Translations under genes and position numbers: made by a program
Origin: Nitrosopumilaceae archaeon
GTDB lineage: Archaea > Thermoproteota > Nitrososphaeria > Nitrososphaerales > Nitrosopumilaceae
Direction: 5' to 3'
Length of the DNA stretch: 64,000 nt
Assembly (NCBI GenBank): GCA_965207375.1
Contig: OZ242274.1
Location: forward strand, 1,120,001 to 1,184,000
Shown: piece by piece, positions 9,193 through 19,319 of the stretch
How the letters are laid out: every line of letters begins with the position of its first letter
Position numbering within the stretch: position 1 is the stretch's first letter
The notes under the pieces: model-generated
Database searches by the model: none
What the model was told of the DNA's origin: nothing
What the model saw: only the letters and a program-made list of their open reading frames with translations

Positions 9193-9455
9193 TGACGTGG
9201 GACTTTGCCCGCAGACACACGTTTCAAAAACAATTTAAAAATCTAGATAATCACATATAGATGCGTGTAAACAATGCACTAGAGGATCTTGCTAGATCTA
9301 AAAATCCCACAGATCTTGGAACGTACAAGCCTAATATGCAGGTGTTTGCATACGATATGGGGAAATATAGAATAATCTTCAGCGTAAGATATTCTGAAAA
9401 TCTAATAGACCTGATACGTGTCTGTGATCACAAGTCAGCATATGGCAAGGATTGA
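9192..9455 (+). pseudogene. RelE/ParE-family toxin with in-frame TAG at 9258-9260
   Basis: MTWDFARRHTFQKQFKNLDNHI*MRVNNALEDL...GKYRIIFSV...IRVCDHKSAY: RelE-like length and YRII/H motifs. Confidence 0.75.
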
Positions 9456-9597
9456 GGTTTTTATTCCTAGGAAATCTAGATGAATCAATCACTAGGATCT
9501 AAACTCAGAATTATGCTATAACTGTGTGCAAAAATTTACACCGCAATTTTCCACATATACGCCACATTATATGAAAATAGAATCATGCTTTGTCTGT

Positions 9598-11346
9598 TTA
9601 AGCCACTTTGTTTTGTCCCTTGTACAGCGTTATGATCTCTTGGTTGGTAGAGGCATCCTCTGCAGCCTTTTCTAGCCTTATTTTTCCTGTAAACTTTGGA
9701 AATCGTAGTGCTAGACCACTGTCTTTTCTGATCGCATTTAATGCTGCCTTGTGTATTGGACTCAGTGTGATCTCAGATGCTACTATCTCAATTACTAGTT
9801 CGGGCTCAAACCAAACGTCTGGCTCCATCTCGCTTTGTATTCTGGGATTTTTTTTAATTGTTACCTTACCTGAGAGTATCTGATATAGCTGATCTAAATA
9901 TTCGTCTGTGAATCCTGTGCCTACCTTGCATGTGCTTGGAAACGTATCTGTTGTGTCATCATAGGCTGCTAAAAGCAGTGTTCCGTATTTTCCAGTTCTT
10001 CGACCTTTTCCAAAAAAGGCTCCAATTACTACTAGATCTAGACTATCTCCAAGCTCATTTCTATACTCTCGTTTTAACTTGAGCCAGTTGTTTCCCCTTG
10101 CACCTGCCTTGTATTTTGCATCGAGCTGTTTTAACATCAATCCTTCACATCCTGCATTGATGCTGTTTTCCAAAAACTCTTCAATTTCATTTTCGTTAGT
10201 CACTGTGGTCATAGTTACATGCTTTGCGTATGCATCCTCCGTAATTATATTTTCTAGAATCTTTCGCCTCTCCTGATATCCTAATTCCAAGCAACTTTTT
10301 CCATTTTGATACAGCACATCAAAGAAATTGACCGTAATTGGATATTGTGTCACTGCCTTTTCTATTCCGTACTTTCTTCTCCGATGCATTAGCTCCTGAA
10401 ACGGCAGAAATTTCCCATTGCTCTCATTTATGGCAACTGCCTCTGCCTCCAAAATCACACTGTCTGCCTTTAGAGCTTTTGGAATTTTTTCTACGATATC
10501 TGGATAGTAACTAGTTATGTTTTCCAAACTTCTTGAAAACAAAATCACCCTTTCTTTTTGTACGTGTATCTGCACCCTCTCACCATCTAGTTTGTATTCT
10601 GCAGCAAAATTGCTGCCCATTTTTTCAATTGCTTCAGATTCGCTTTTGACCCTTTCTGCCAACATCGGTCTGATTGGATTAAATACTGTTATTTGGAATT
10701 CCTGTAATCCTGCTAGTCCTTTCTCAGAAATTACCTCTGCAACTTTACCCAAATCACTTGACACGTTGTAGGCCTGTTCCAAAATATTCCTATTTGATTT
10801 TTCACCCGTATGTGCTATTGCTAATGCATCCATTACTGTATTTTCTGCAATGCCTAATCGTAGTGTTCCAAGAAGTAGTTTTAAAATGAATCGTGATTCT
10901 GTAGGTGTTGCATCGTTTAACAGGCTAGATATGTACTTGATTTTCATGTCTTGGGATTTGGCACCTTCAAGCTTTGCTATTTTGAGCAACGTCTCATAGA
11001 CTCGTTCTACTGTGATATCTTCGATGACAAATGTGGTCTGGGTTTTTTGTTCTAGTATTATTGCTGATGCGATTCCCAAATCCCCACTTTTTGCATATGT
11101 GTCATTTATTTTTTTTATGGGGATGCCAGATGATTTTGAGACTGCTTTGATAGCAAACCTTTCTGCTACTCCTAGTTCGACTCCTTCAAAATCTGGTCTT
11201 AGCTTTCCCTGTATCATGTATACTATCTTTGAAATCATTTGTGTGGGTGTCTTTTCAAATAATTCTACTAAGTACTGTGTAAGCTCTGTTCTTTTTTTAG
11301 TATTTTCCATCTTTTCAAATGTAATAGCAAGAACAGAAAACTCCAC
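9598..11346 (-). CDS. lig: ATP-dependent DNA ligase
   Basis: EYKLDGERVQIH adenylation motif, EGLMLK, WLKLK, LRFPKF. Confidence 0.97.
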   Translation of the reverse strand: MEFSVLAITFEKMENTKKRTELTQYLVELFEKTPTQMISKIVYMIQGKLRPDFEGVELGVAERFAIKAVSKSSGIPIKKINDTYAKSGDLGIASAIILEQKTQTTFVIEDITVERVYETLLKIAKLEGAKSQDMKIKYISSLLNDATPTESRFILKLLLGTLRLGIAENTVMDALAIAHTGEKSNRNILEQAYNVSSDLGKVAEVISEKGLAGLQEFQITVFNPIRPMLAERVKSESEAIEKMGSNFAAEYKLDGERVQIHVQKERVILFSRSLENITSYYPDIVEKIPKALKADSVILEAEAVAINESNGKFLPFQELMHRRRKYGIEKAVTQYPITVNFFDVLYQNGKSCLELGYQERRKILENIITEDAYAKHVTMTTVTNENEIEEFLENSINAGCEGLMLKQLDAKYKAGARGNNWLKLKREYRNELGDSLDLVVIGAFFGKGRRTGKYGTLLLAAYDDTTDTFPSTCKVGTGFTDEYLDQLYQILSGKVTIKKNPRIQSEMEPDVWFEPELVIEIVASEITLSPIHKAALNAIRKDSGLALRFPKFTGKIRLEKAAEDASTNQEIITLYKGQNKVA

Positions 11347-11383
11347 TTTGATTTTTTACCGTACCTTAAATAAAAGTCTGAAT

Positions 11384-11794
11384 CTATATGTATCTGAAAA
11401 TGGTTCTTTTTTCTGATTTTTTGTCGTCTGTTACTAGTGCAAAGTTGCATAGTGGATAGCTCTTTTTGTATTGTTTCATAAAGCTCCATGCTACATCGTG
11501 TGTTTTAAATTCGGTACGGATTCCATCGATTTTTGACTCTTTACCATATACATCAAATACTACTATTGCATACTTTTTAGGTCTATTGTGCGGTCTTGCC
11601 TTCAATAACCATGCCAATGCAAACACAAACACTGCAACTAGCACCACCGTCTCTCCTGCATATTTGAAAAATGACATTACAACATTTGGAATTGTCTGTC
11701 CAAACAGGTGACCTACCGAATATGAGAATGAAATCACTGCAACTACAGTAATCAGATATGTCTTGAGATCAAATAGCTGAGAAAACCAAACCAT
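11384..11794 (-). CDS. Hypothetical membrane protein
   Basis: Two N-terminal hydrophobic segments followed by a soluble domain. Confidence 0.7.
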   Translation of the reverse strand: MVWFSQLFDLKTYLITVVAVISFSYSVGHLFGQTIPNVVMSFFKYAGETVVLVAVFVFALAWLLKARPHNRPKKYAIVVFDVYGKESKIDGIRTEFKTHDVAWSFMKQYKKSYPLCNFALVTDDKKSEKRTIFRYI

Positions 11795-12284
11795 GTATAA
11801 TCTGTATATCTGCTCTTCTTTTAACCTTTTTTTGTATTATCCTCTAATTTGTTCCAGAAATTACAGTACGCACCAGTCAAACAACGCCTGTTGATCTCAC
11901 CATGATGGACATGCCATGTCTGATTCTATTCAAACATAGATGTAGAATCCAAGTTTACCATAGGATCTAGCAACTTGTAATTTCATTGAGTTATAGTGTT
12001 GTAGGATCTGATGATGTGTGCCATATTTGTTGAGGCATCAAAACTGTCCGCCCACTATGCCAAATGGATCAAGTTTGTAAAGTGTAATGTCTGAATTAAA
12101 TCTCAGTTTTTGCATTTCTTTATGCCGAGTCTTTACAAGACAAACTATAATCTTGTAAATTGATTTTTTTACACACAAAACATCTGAAATTTTCCAATCA
12201 AATTATATGTGCAGTTTAATAGATTGGATTTTTATTCATATTCGAGCAGGGCAAGATTCTTGTGATTTTAAGGTATGGTGCAGT

Positions 12285-13421
12285 CTAGTCAGGATCTTCG
12301 TAATTTTGCTTTCTGTTTTCTGTGTCTTGCGCTCCCTCCACAGGCTTCATCTTTGATTTTAGCACGTCCATTCTTGCCTTGTAGCCTTCTGCATATTCTA
12401 GTTCGGATGGAACAAGAGTTGCCGGATGAATAAAACCCTGACTTCTAATTGAAAGTGCTTTCTTTGTAGCTATTTCTCTTATATAATCCCAGTCTGGAGT
12501 AGAAAATCCATCAAACGGTCCGGTAAGTTTTCCGTTGTGCATGCTAAACACAAGTGATTCCACAATTGGAATGCAAAAATCAATTGTAGCTGCCGAGTTT
12601 AGTTTTACTGGCATTAGTGGCATGTTATGACTTCCCCGTGTGTTACCTGCAACATAGTGTGGATTGTTAAACACACTTCCTGCCTCCTCGGTTGCAGGAA
12701 ATCTCTTTTGAGTTCTTACAATACAAATTGGATCATCTTTTCCAACGTATGTTCCTGCTATGTTGTGTAGTCTGTCAGTTGATGCTGCAACAATTGGTTC
12801 ACCGTCTTTGGTTGTAATTGTATCTACAACATATCTTCCCGGATACATCAACGCTGCCTCAATTGTAGGTTTGTCCTCCCATAACAACAGTTCTGCAACC
12901 TCTCCTTTTTCTACGTCCATGATGTTGATTTTGACTCCTTCTGCAAGTGATTTGTTTACAATTAATCCCGTGTTACTTAGTCCGTCAACGAACATTCTAT
13001 AAAATGGATAGTTAAACGCGCCAGGCTCTGTTTTATCTGCTGCAAATACTGTAAATGCTTCATTTGGTCTTTCTTCAAACTCCATTTCAGCCACACCTGG
13101 TCCCATACCCTTGATGTTTCCTGAGAATGAATCCTTTAGCAAATCCTGCCCTGCACCGTACAGTCCCTCCTCTTTTGCAACTTGGGTACCTGCCATGAAT
13201 GCATCCCATGCTAGTTTGTGTATTTGTTGGTTTTGTACCCCACTAGTATGTGTCAAAAGAATATGAACATCATCACCACAATATCCTATGTATCTGTCAA
13301 TCCACAACTCTGAGCTGCCATCAACGATTTTTTTTACTGCGTCTAATAGTCCGTCACTTGGCCTTGTATGGCCGCCGATTCCGCCCACATCTGCCTTGAT
13401 AACTGATACGGTAATTTTCAT
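12285..13421 (-). CDS. fbp: Fructose-1,6-bisphosphate aldolase/phosphatase (class V)
   Basis: SVIKADVGGIGGH, GLYGAGQDLL, ADKTEPGAFN, YVGKDDP, RGSHNMPLMPV. Confidence 0.96.
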   Translation of the reverse strand: MKITVSVIKADVGGIGGHTRPSDGLLDAVKKIVDGSSELWIDRYIGYCGDDVHILLTHTSGVQNQQIHKLAWDAFMAGTQVAKEEGLYGAGQDLLKDSFSGNIKGMGPGVAEMEFEERPNEAFTVFAADKTEPGAFNYPFYRMFVDGLSNTGLIVNKSLAEGVKINIMDVEKGEVAELLLWEDKPTIEAALMYPGRYVVDTITTKDGEPIVAASTDRLHNIAGTYVGKDDPICIVRTQKRFPATEEAGSVFNNPHYVAGNTRGSHNMPLMPVKLNSAATIDFCIPIVESLVFSMHNGKLTGPFDGFSTPDWDYIREIATKKALSIRSQGFIHPATLVPSELEYAEGYKARMDVLKSKMKPVEGAQDTENRKQNYEDPD

Positions 13422-13551
13422 GTAGTGACTAGTTTTCCCTTTGATTTATGTGTAAGTTCCGTTTTTTGCTGTACCACAAGAATTTCAAAATAATGGCGTT
13501 TTTATTGTAAAAATCGGAAAGGTAATAAATGCCTTCTAATACGAGGTGTGT

Positions 13552-14850
13552 ATGGCAGATAAAGACCACCTGAACTTGATAGTTACAGGACATATTGATA
13601 ATGGCAAGTCCACAACCATGGGACACTTTTTAATGGATCTCGGCGTTGTAGATGAGAGAACAATAGCAGCACATGCAACTGAATCCGAGAAGACCGGAAA
13701 AGGTGACACATTCAAGTACGCTTGGGTTATGGATAATATCAAAGATGAAAGGGAAAGAGGTATTACAATTGATCTTGCATTTCAAAAATTTGAAACTCCA
13801 AAATACTTTTTTACATTAATTGATGCTCCAGGTCACCGGGATTTCATCAAAAACATGATTACAGGCGCATCTGAGGCAGATGCTGCAGTATTGGTACTTT
13901 CTGCAAAAGAAGGAGAAACTGACACTGCAATTGCAGCAGGCGGTCAGGCAAGAGAGCACGCATTTCTGCTCAAGACTTTGGGTGTAAGCCAGATTATCGT
14001 TGCAATCAACAAGATGGATGATGGCAACTATTCTGAGGAATCATTCAAACTTGCCAAAGAAAAAGGCGAAAAGCTAGTAAAATCCGTAGGTTACAAACTA
14101 GATCAGGTACCGTTTATTCCAGTTTCTGGATGGAAAGGTGACAATTTGGTAAAAAAGTCAGAGAATATGTCGTGGTATACAGGTAAAACACTGTTAGAGG
14201 CATTTGATGACTTTACCGTTGCAGAAAAACCTGTAGGAAAGCCATTACGTGTTCCAATTCAAGACGTTTACACAATTACCGGTGTAGGAACAGTTCCAGT
14301 AGGAAGGGTTGAAACCGGCATCATGAAACCAAATGACAAAATTATCGTAATGCCATCTGGTGCAGTGGGTGAAATCAAATCTATAGAGACACATCATACA
14401 CAACTACCGTCTGCATCTGCTGGTGACAACATTGGTTTTAACCTTAGAGGTATCGAGAAAAAGGATATCAAAAGAGGTGATGTCATGGGAACTCCTGATA
14501 ATCCGCCAAAGGTAGCAAAAGAATTCAAAGCCCAGATTATAGTCATACATCATCCAACGGCAATTGCACCAGGATACACTCCTGTAATGCACTGTCATAC
14601 ATCTCAGGTGGCAGCAACTGTAACAGAGTTTCTTGCCAAGATTAATCCTGCAACCGGTGCAAGCGATGAAGAAAATCCAAAATTCCTCAAAGTTGGCGAC
14701 TCTGCAATCGTAAAGATTAGACCTGTAAGACCTACTCCGATTGAAACATTCCAAGAGTATCCGGAGATGGGCAGATTTGCTCTCAGAGACATGGGCGCAA
14801 CCATTGCAGCCGGAATTGTCAAGGAAGTTACCGAAGAGCACAAACCCTAG
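13552..14850 (+). CDS. tuf: Elongation factor 1-alpha
   Basis: GHIDNGKST, RERGITID, DAPGHRDF, NKMD; ATG at 13552 follows GAGGTG. Confidence 0.98.
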   Translation: MADKDHLNLIVTGHIDNGKSTTMGHFLMDLGVVDERTIAAHATESEKTGKGDTFKYAWVMDNIKDERERGITIDLAFQKFETPKYFFTLIDAPGHRDFIKNMITGASEADAAVLVLSAKEGETDTAIAAGGQAREHAFLLKTLGVSQIIVAINKMDDGNYSEESFKLAKEKGEKLVKSVGYKLDQVPFIPVSGWKGDNLVKKSENMSWYTGKTLLEAFDDFTVAEKPVGKPLRVPIQDVYTITGVGTVPVGRVETGIMKPNDKIIVMPSGAVGEIKSIETHHTQLPSASAGDNIGFNLRGIEKKDIKRGDVMGTPDNPPKVAKEFKAQIIVIHHPTAIAPGYTPVMHCHTSQVAATVTEFLAKINPATGASDEENPKFLKVGDSAIVKIRPVRPTPIETFQEYPEMGRFALRDMGATIAAGIVKEVTEEHKP

Positions 14851-14860
14851 GTTGAGTTAG

Positions 14861-15169
14861 TTGCCTCAATCTGCCCGAATCAAACTCACAAGCACTAGTC
14901 TTCCTAAACTAGATGGTGTTTGTGGCGAGATTATGGGTATTGGTAAAAAAACCGGTGTCAAGGTCAAAGGTCCAACTCCGCTTCCTGTTAAAAAATTACA
15001 TGTGGCTACCAGAAAATCTCCCTGTGGCAGCGGTACTGAAACCTATGAAAAATGGGAAATGAGAATGCACAGAAGAATTATTGACATTAATGCAGATGAC
15101 AAAGCAATACGACAGTTAATGAGATTAAAAATACCTGATGACGTCTATATTGAACTGTCATTGACATAG
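14861..15169 (+). CDS. rps10: 30S ribosomal protein S10 (uS10)
   Basis: GPTPLP, RKSPCGSGTETYEKWEMRMHRRIID; follows tuf; TTG start. Confidence 0.96.
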   Translation: MPQSARIKLTSTSLPKLDGVCGEIMGIGKKTGVKVKGPTPLPVKKLHVATRKSPCGSGTETYEKWEMRMHRRIIDINADDKAIRQLMRLKIPDDVYIELSLT

Positions 15170-15181
15170 GAGAGAAAAAAA

Positions 15182-15373
15182 ATGTCCGAAGAGTCTATTG
15201 AAACACAAGAGCCGCAAACTGAAACCTTTGATGTGATTTATTCGTGCCTGAGATGTGGTACAAATGTTTCTAATAACGAACTAAACAGACTACCTGAAAT
15301 CAAATGCATCTGTGGATTTAGGGTATTTACCAAAGTCAGGCCACCTGTTGTAAAGTCAGTCAAGGCAGTCTGA
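15182..15373 (+). CDS. rpo12: RNA polymerase subunit Rpo12 (RpoP)
   Basis: YSCLRCG...IKCICGFRVFTKVRPPVVKSVKAV. Confidence 0.9.
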   Translation: MSEESIETQEPQTETFDVIYSCLRCGTNVSNNELNRLPEIKCICGFRVFTKVRPPVVKSVKAV

Positions 15374-15374
15374 G

Positions 15375-15578
15375 TTATCTGTCTTTTTTGTAACTGTGAT
15401 TTTTTTGTAAATGAGTTCTCATATCCTGCATATTTGAAAAATTTTTACCGCATTTTTTGCAATCATATGGATTGTTTTTGTAATGAACCACCTGCATATG
15501 TTGCATTAACTGCTCCTTTTGTGAAAATTTTAATTGGCACAGATTACATTGATGTTTTTTAAACGGCCACATGTTCAT
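15375..15578 (-). CDS. C2H2 zinc-finger protein (two fingers)
   Basis: CNLC-x12-H-x4-H and CKKC-x12-H-x4-H. Confidence 0.85.
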   Translation of the reverse strand: MNMWPFKKHQCNLCQLKFSQKEQLMQHMQVVHYKNNPYDCKKCGKNFSNMQDMRTHLQKNHSYKKDR

Positions 15579-15985
15579 CCGTGTTTTGCCTTTTGTTCAT
15601 CCCAACACGTCCTGCACATTTGGCCTTCTATCTTCCATTTTGGTTTTGGATTGTACCTGATCAATCCAATCTTGCCATTACACATTACGCAAAAGTTCTT
15701 TTTTTCATGATACATTGACTCTTTTTTATCAAAGCATTGCTTGCACAGTAGGCCGTCCATGTCCCACTGCCATCTAGGCTCCCACAACTCTGAAATTTTC
15801 TGTGTTGTACCGCACATCTTACACGGTTGTCTTACCTTTGCCTCGTAGAATTCCTTGGATTTGTCAACATGACAGTTGCCGCACAATTTGCCTTTGATAT
15901 TCCACTCTCTTTTTGGCTTGTGCTTGTGGGTCAATTCCTTTTTACAAATTGCACAGTACTCTACTTTTTTGCTAAAGAGGCCCAT
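15575..15985 (-). CDS. Triple zinc-finger repeat protein
   Basis: Three CxxC...P-x2-W-x-[IM]-x-G-x-[LM]CxxC units. Confidence 0.8.
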   Translation of the reverse strand: MGLFSKKVEYCAICKKELTHKHKPKREWNIKGKLCGNCHVDKSKEFYEAKVRQPCKMCGTTQKISELWEPRWQWDMDGLLCKQCFDKKESMYHEKKNFCVMCNGKIGLIRYNPKPKWKIEGQMCRTCWDEQKAKHG

Positions 15986-16040
15986 AATATCACTTGTTTA
16001 CATCTGATTAAAAATGATTTTGGATTGGGGTTATGTAGAT

Positions 16041-16166
16041 CTAAACTAAGTTTTCTTGATGCGGTGAGGCGTTTTGAATAAGTGTAAATTTACTTGTTCC
16101 TATTATCTGAGATGCACTGCCCTTTGTAGCTAGTATCTGTTTTGCTTTTTTGGTTCTTGCATTCAT
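16041..16166 (-). pseudogene. Possible 5' remnant of a SWIM/IS6-type transposase
   Basis: MNARTKKAKQILATKGSASQI resembles GRGNRALKILETSNAIKKI of the 46.6-kb fragment; stops after 41 aa. Confidence 0.3.
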
Positions 16167-16312
16167 TGAACCATCACCTCACAAATTATAGTATAAAATA
16201 ACGAGGATTAAGGCGTGAAAATGCAAAGTATGAGTACATGTCAAAAATAATATATTTTCAGGTTTGTATATCACCAACAGAATCCTAGATTCAAAACAAA
16301 AAGAAACAACGA

Positions 16313-16438
16313 CTAGGAGTCGTCAAGAATTTTCTCAATTGCTTGGCTTGCATTTAGCATACCCTGCTGTTTTGCAAATTCTTCGATCATTTTGTATTGC
16401 TCATTTGTAAAGCAAATTGGCATCAAGCGTTTTACCAT
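16313..16438 (-). CDS. Small ribbon-helix-helix-like protein (41 aa, not in the ORF track)
   Basis: MVKRLMPICFTNEQYKMIEEFAKQQGMLNASQAIEKILDDS*; AT-rich TATA-like box about 22-28 nt upstream. Confidence 0.65.
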   Translation of the reverse strand: MVKRLMPICFTNEQYKMIEEFAKQQGMLNASQAIEKILDDS

Positions 16439-16608
16439 GTGTTGACTGGACCTCTTTATTTAATATGCTTTATGATTGCAATTTATGTATGAAAAAATCA
16501 GGTCTGTTTTGAATTTTTCTGATCTGCAAGTGTAATGTTCTGTACCAAAATGTGGCCCGAGTCTTTATTGCTTTGATAGAATTTTATACCTATGTTTAAC
16601 AGCCAAAA

Positions 16609-17850
16609 TTGTTGAGTAAAGTAAAGAATCCAAAGCTTGCAAAACAGGGGAGAATTTCATACGAATGGGCTCGCTCTCATATGCAAATATTGGATAATAC
16701 GATTAATCGGTTAAAAAAATCAAAGCCTCTAAAGGGTGTAACTGTGGGATTTTGTCTTCATATAACCAAAGAAACATCGGTTCTTCTTTTGGGTGCAAAG
16801 GAGCTAGGTGCAAACGTTGCAGCATGTGGTGGAAATCCGCTGACCACCCAGGATGATGTTGCTGCATTTTTGAGCTCACAAGGAATTCACGTTTATGCTT
16901 GGAACAATCAGACCGATGCAGAATATGATTGGTGTATAGGCCAAGTTCTAAATCACAAACCTGATATTCTTACAGATGACGGGGCAGACATGAATGTCAA
17001 GGCTCATTTTGATAAAAAATACAAGGATCTTAATATTTTGGGTGCAACTGAGGAAACCACTGCGGGTGTTACTAGAATCAATGCGATGGCAAATCAGGGA
17101 CGATTACAATATCCTGTAATTTTGGTAAATGATGCTCACACAAAACACATGTTTGATAATAGATACGGCACCGGTCAAAGTACCATTGATGGATATCTTC
17201 GTGCCATGAATTTACTGATTGCAACAAAGCGCGTGGTAATAGTTGGTTATGGGTGGGTAGGAAAAGGTGTTGCCTCTAGATTTGCTGGTATGGGCGGTAA
17301 GGTAATTGTTACCGAAGTTGATCCAGTAAAGGCATTAGAGGCCCACATGGATGGCTTTGAGGTTATGACAATGTCTGATGCTGCAAAAATTGGAGATATT
17401 TTTGTCACTTGTACGGGAATGACAAGTGTAATTCGCAAGGAGCACATTTTAAAAATGAAGGATGGTGCAATCATGGGAAATGTGGGACACTTTGATGTCG
17501 AAATTGATACCAAATTCCTTTTAACAAAATCCAAATCCGTAAAAGAAACAAGACCCAATCTTGATGAATGTGTGCTTTCCAATAAAAAACGTGTCTATCT
17601 TATTGGAAAAGGAAGGCTAGCAAACCTAGTTGCAGCCGAAGGCCATCCCCCCGAAGTCATGGCCCAATCATTTTCTAATCAAATACTATCCATACTGTAC
17701 ATTCTAAAAAATCACAAAAAGATGGAAAATAAGGTGATTAATGTGCCTCAAGAGATTGACGTCCAAGTTGCAAGGGATGCACTCAAAGCAATGAATGTAA
17801 AAATTGATAGACTGACCCCTGAACAGATAAAGTATGCCAATAGCTGGTAA
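16609..17850 (+). CDS. ahcY: S-adenosylhomocysteine hydrolase
   Basis: CLHITKET, NPLTTQD, EETTAG, KHMFDNRYGTGQS, GYGWVGKG, GRLANLVAAEGHP. Confidence 0.97.
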   Translation: MLSKVKNPKLAKQGRISYEWARSHMQILDNTINRLKKSKPLKGVTVGFCLHITKETSVLLLGAKELGANVAACGGNPLTTQDDVAAFLSSQGIHVYAWNNQTDAEYDWCIGQVLNHKPDILTDDGADMNVKAHFDKKYKDLNILGATEETTAGVTRINAMANQGRLQYPVILVNDAHTKHMFDNRYGTGQSTIDGYLRAMNLLIATKRVVIVGYGWVGKGVASRFAGMGGKVIVTEVDPVKALEAHMDGFEVMTMSDAAKIGDIFVTCTGMTSVIRKEHILKMKDGAIMGNVGHFDVEIDTKFLLTKSKSVKETRPNLDECVLSNKKRVYLIGKGRLANLVAAEGHPPEVMAQSFSNQILSILYILKNHKKMENKVINVPQEIDVQVARDALKAMNVKIDRLTPEQIKYANSW

Positions 17851-17939
17851 ATCTACCCATGCCTTTTCATGTGATGTCGTTATTGTCTAGTCGTGTAATT
17901 GTGCTTTGAATTTACCTGATAATGCCCTGTACTGTCAAA

Positions 17940-18899
17940 TCATTTTTCTGCCTGATCTTTGTAGTTTATGCTGTCAGTGACTATTCTATATGCCTCATGT
18001 GCAGCAGCTTTAATTTTTTCTAAATCTAATTCCTTGTCACAAAACTGCCCACTTTTAACAGGAAAAAACACGTCATATTCTTTTTCGACATTTGTGTTTT
18101 GTATACATTGAATCTTTATGTCTCCGCTAGTTAATCCAACGTAACATTTTGCTTTTTGATCATACTCTGATATTGTTGCTGCATCCTCAAATGCCTGTAC
18201 CAGTCGAGTCCTGCCTGTTTCATGTTGGAATTTACCGTATTGTTTTGTTCTATATGCAATTGCTTCATACAGCATATACATTGGATTTGTAACTCCGCCT
18301 TGTTCAGACCTTTTATATACGTCTGGGGCATCTATGATACATTGGTAATGTCCTACCATGTATGAACACGTACTGGAAATATTCCAAAAACCTGATTTGC
18401 TGATTATGCAAGAAAGTGGTGCCACAAATTGTGATTTTTCTGATGCAGGTGCAATCATTATTCCTCTCTTTTTACTCATTCCTACAATGTATGGAGTTTG
18501 GTACATTTCTGACATCTTTTTAGCATCCTCTAATACGCCTACAAGTTGAAATCTACCTTCACTGAGAAATCCTATTTCTCCATAGTCTATTATGCCGTGT
18601 ATCAGGGCATCTTGTACCTTTGCAATCATTTCATGTATCGTGTAACGTGCATAAGCAACATTGTCCCCAAATTCTTTTTCAGTGTTTGAATGTTTTTTAG
18701 AATCTTTGACAGGATGTACACTACACACAAATACAGAACTTGGGCGTTTTCTTGAATCAAATACGATTACCTTCTGATCATGACTTATTCCTATACAGTA
18801 CGTTGTATTGTCCTGTATGGCCAAATTTGCCGTATCCTCAAGCACATCTTTGATTTTATCGTATGTCCATGAAGAATCAAGTCTACCGTATGTTTTCAT
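17940..18899 (-). CDS. Orphan protein with three diverged internal repeats (319 aa)
   Basis: Start placed at MKTYG, with TATAAAA about 25 nt upstream; repeated YG...[LF]ED...[IV]G[IML][ST] motif. Confidence 0.7.
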   Translation of the reverse strand: MKTYGRLDSSWTYDKIKDVLEDTANLAIQDNTTYCIGISHDQKVIVFDSRKRPSSVFVCSVHPVKDSKKHSNTEKEFGDNVAYARYTIHEMIAKVQDALIHGIIDYGEIGFLSEGRFQLVGVLEDAKKMSEMYQTPYIVGMSKKRGIMIAPASEKSQFVAPLSCIISKSGFWNISSTCSYMVGHYQCIIDAPDVYKRSEQGGVTNPMYMLYEAIAYRTKQYGKFQHETGRTRLVQAFEDAATISEYDQKAKCYVGLTSGDIKIQCIQNTNVEKEYDVFFPVKSGQFCDKELDLEKIKAAAHEAYRIVTDSINYKDQAEK

Positions 18900-18930
18900 G
18901 ATGTCGTATGTGTTGTGTCTTATTTTATAG

Positions 18931-19163
18931 TGTATTGGTACGTACCCCATTACAAGGATACTTGCATTCATACAAGTCAATACGGGGGAGAAAACTCATG
19001 GTAAAAAGCAAGTTTATTCCAGGACCAAAGGGGTAATTCGTATAGATCTCACACATGAAATTGAAAACGAATTGAAGAAATCATTTCTAAATAAAAAAGA
19101 CATCCGTATCCACATCAGCCCATGATTCCCCATTCAAAGAATGGTCAAAGGGGTTCGAATACA
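18931..19163 (+). mobile_element. Internally deleted IS3-family remnant
   Basis: Shares about 85 nt with 48225-48315, including ATGGTAAAAAGCAAGTTT (OrfA start); ends TGTATT..CGTACCCC / GGGGTTCGAATACA are imperfect TG...CA inverted repeats. Confidence 0.55.
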
Positions 19164-19319
19164 GATGTTAATAGTACGTTGAGATGGTATATTTGTTTAT
19201 TGGTGGATGTGGCACTGCCCACATTTTTTTCAACAAAGGTACAAACTCTGGTAGTAAATTTTTCATGTATGTTCAAAAACTAAATAGAATCATATGAGAC
19301 CTGAATGTGTACCTACTTT

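Noticed and set aside
9258-9260. Pyrrolysine or readthrough recoding of in-frame TAG codons (here and in the IS630 fragment)
   Set aside because: Both lie in decaying mobile-region genes, TAG is a common true stop in this window, and no pyl genes are present
11840-12120. Possible decayed gene between the membrane protein gene and fbp
   Set aside because: Multiple stops in the frames examined and no family recognisable
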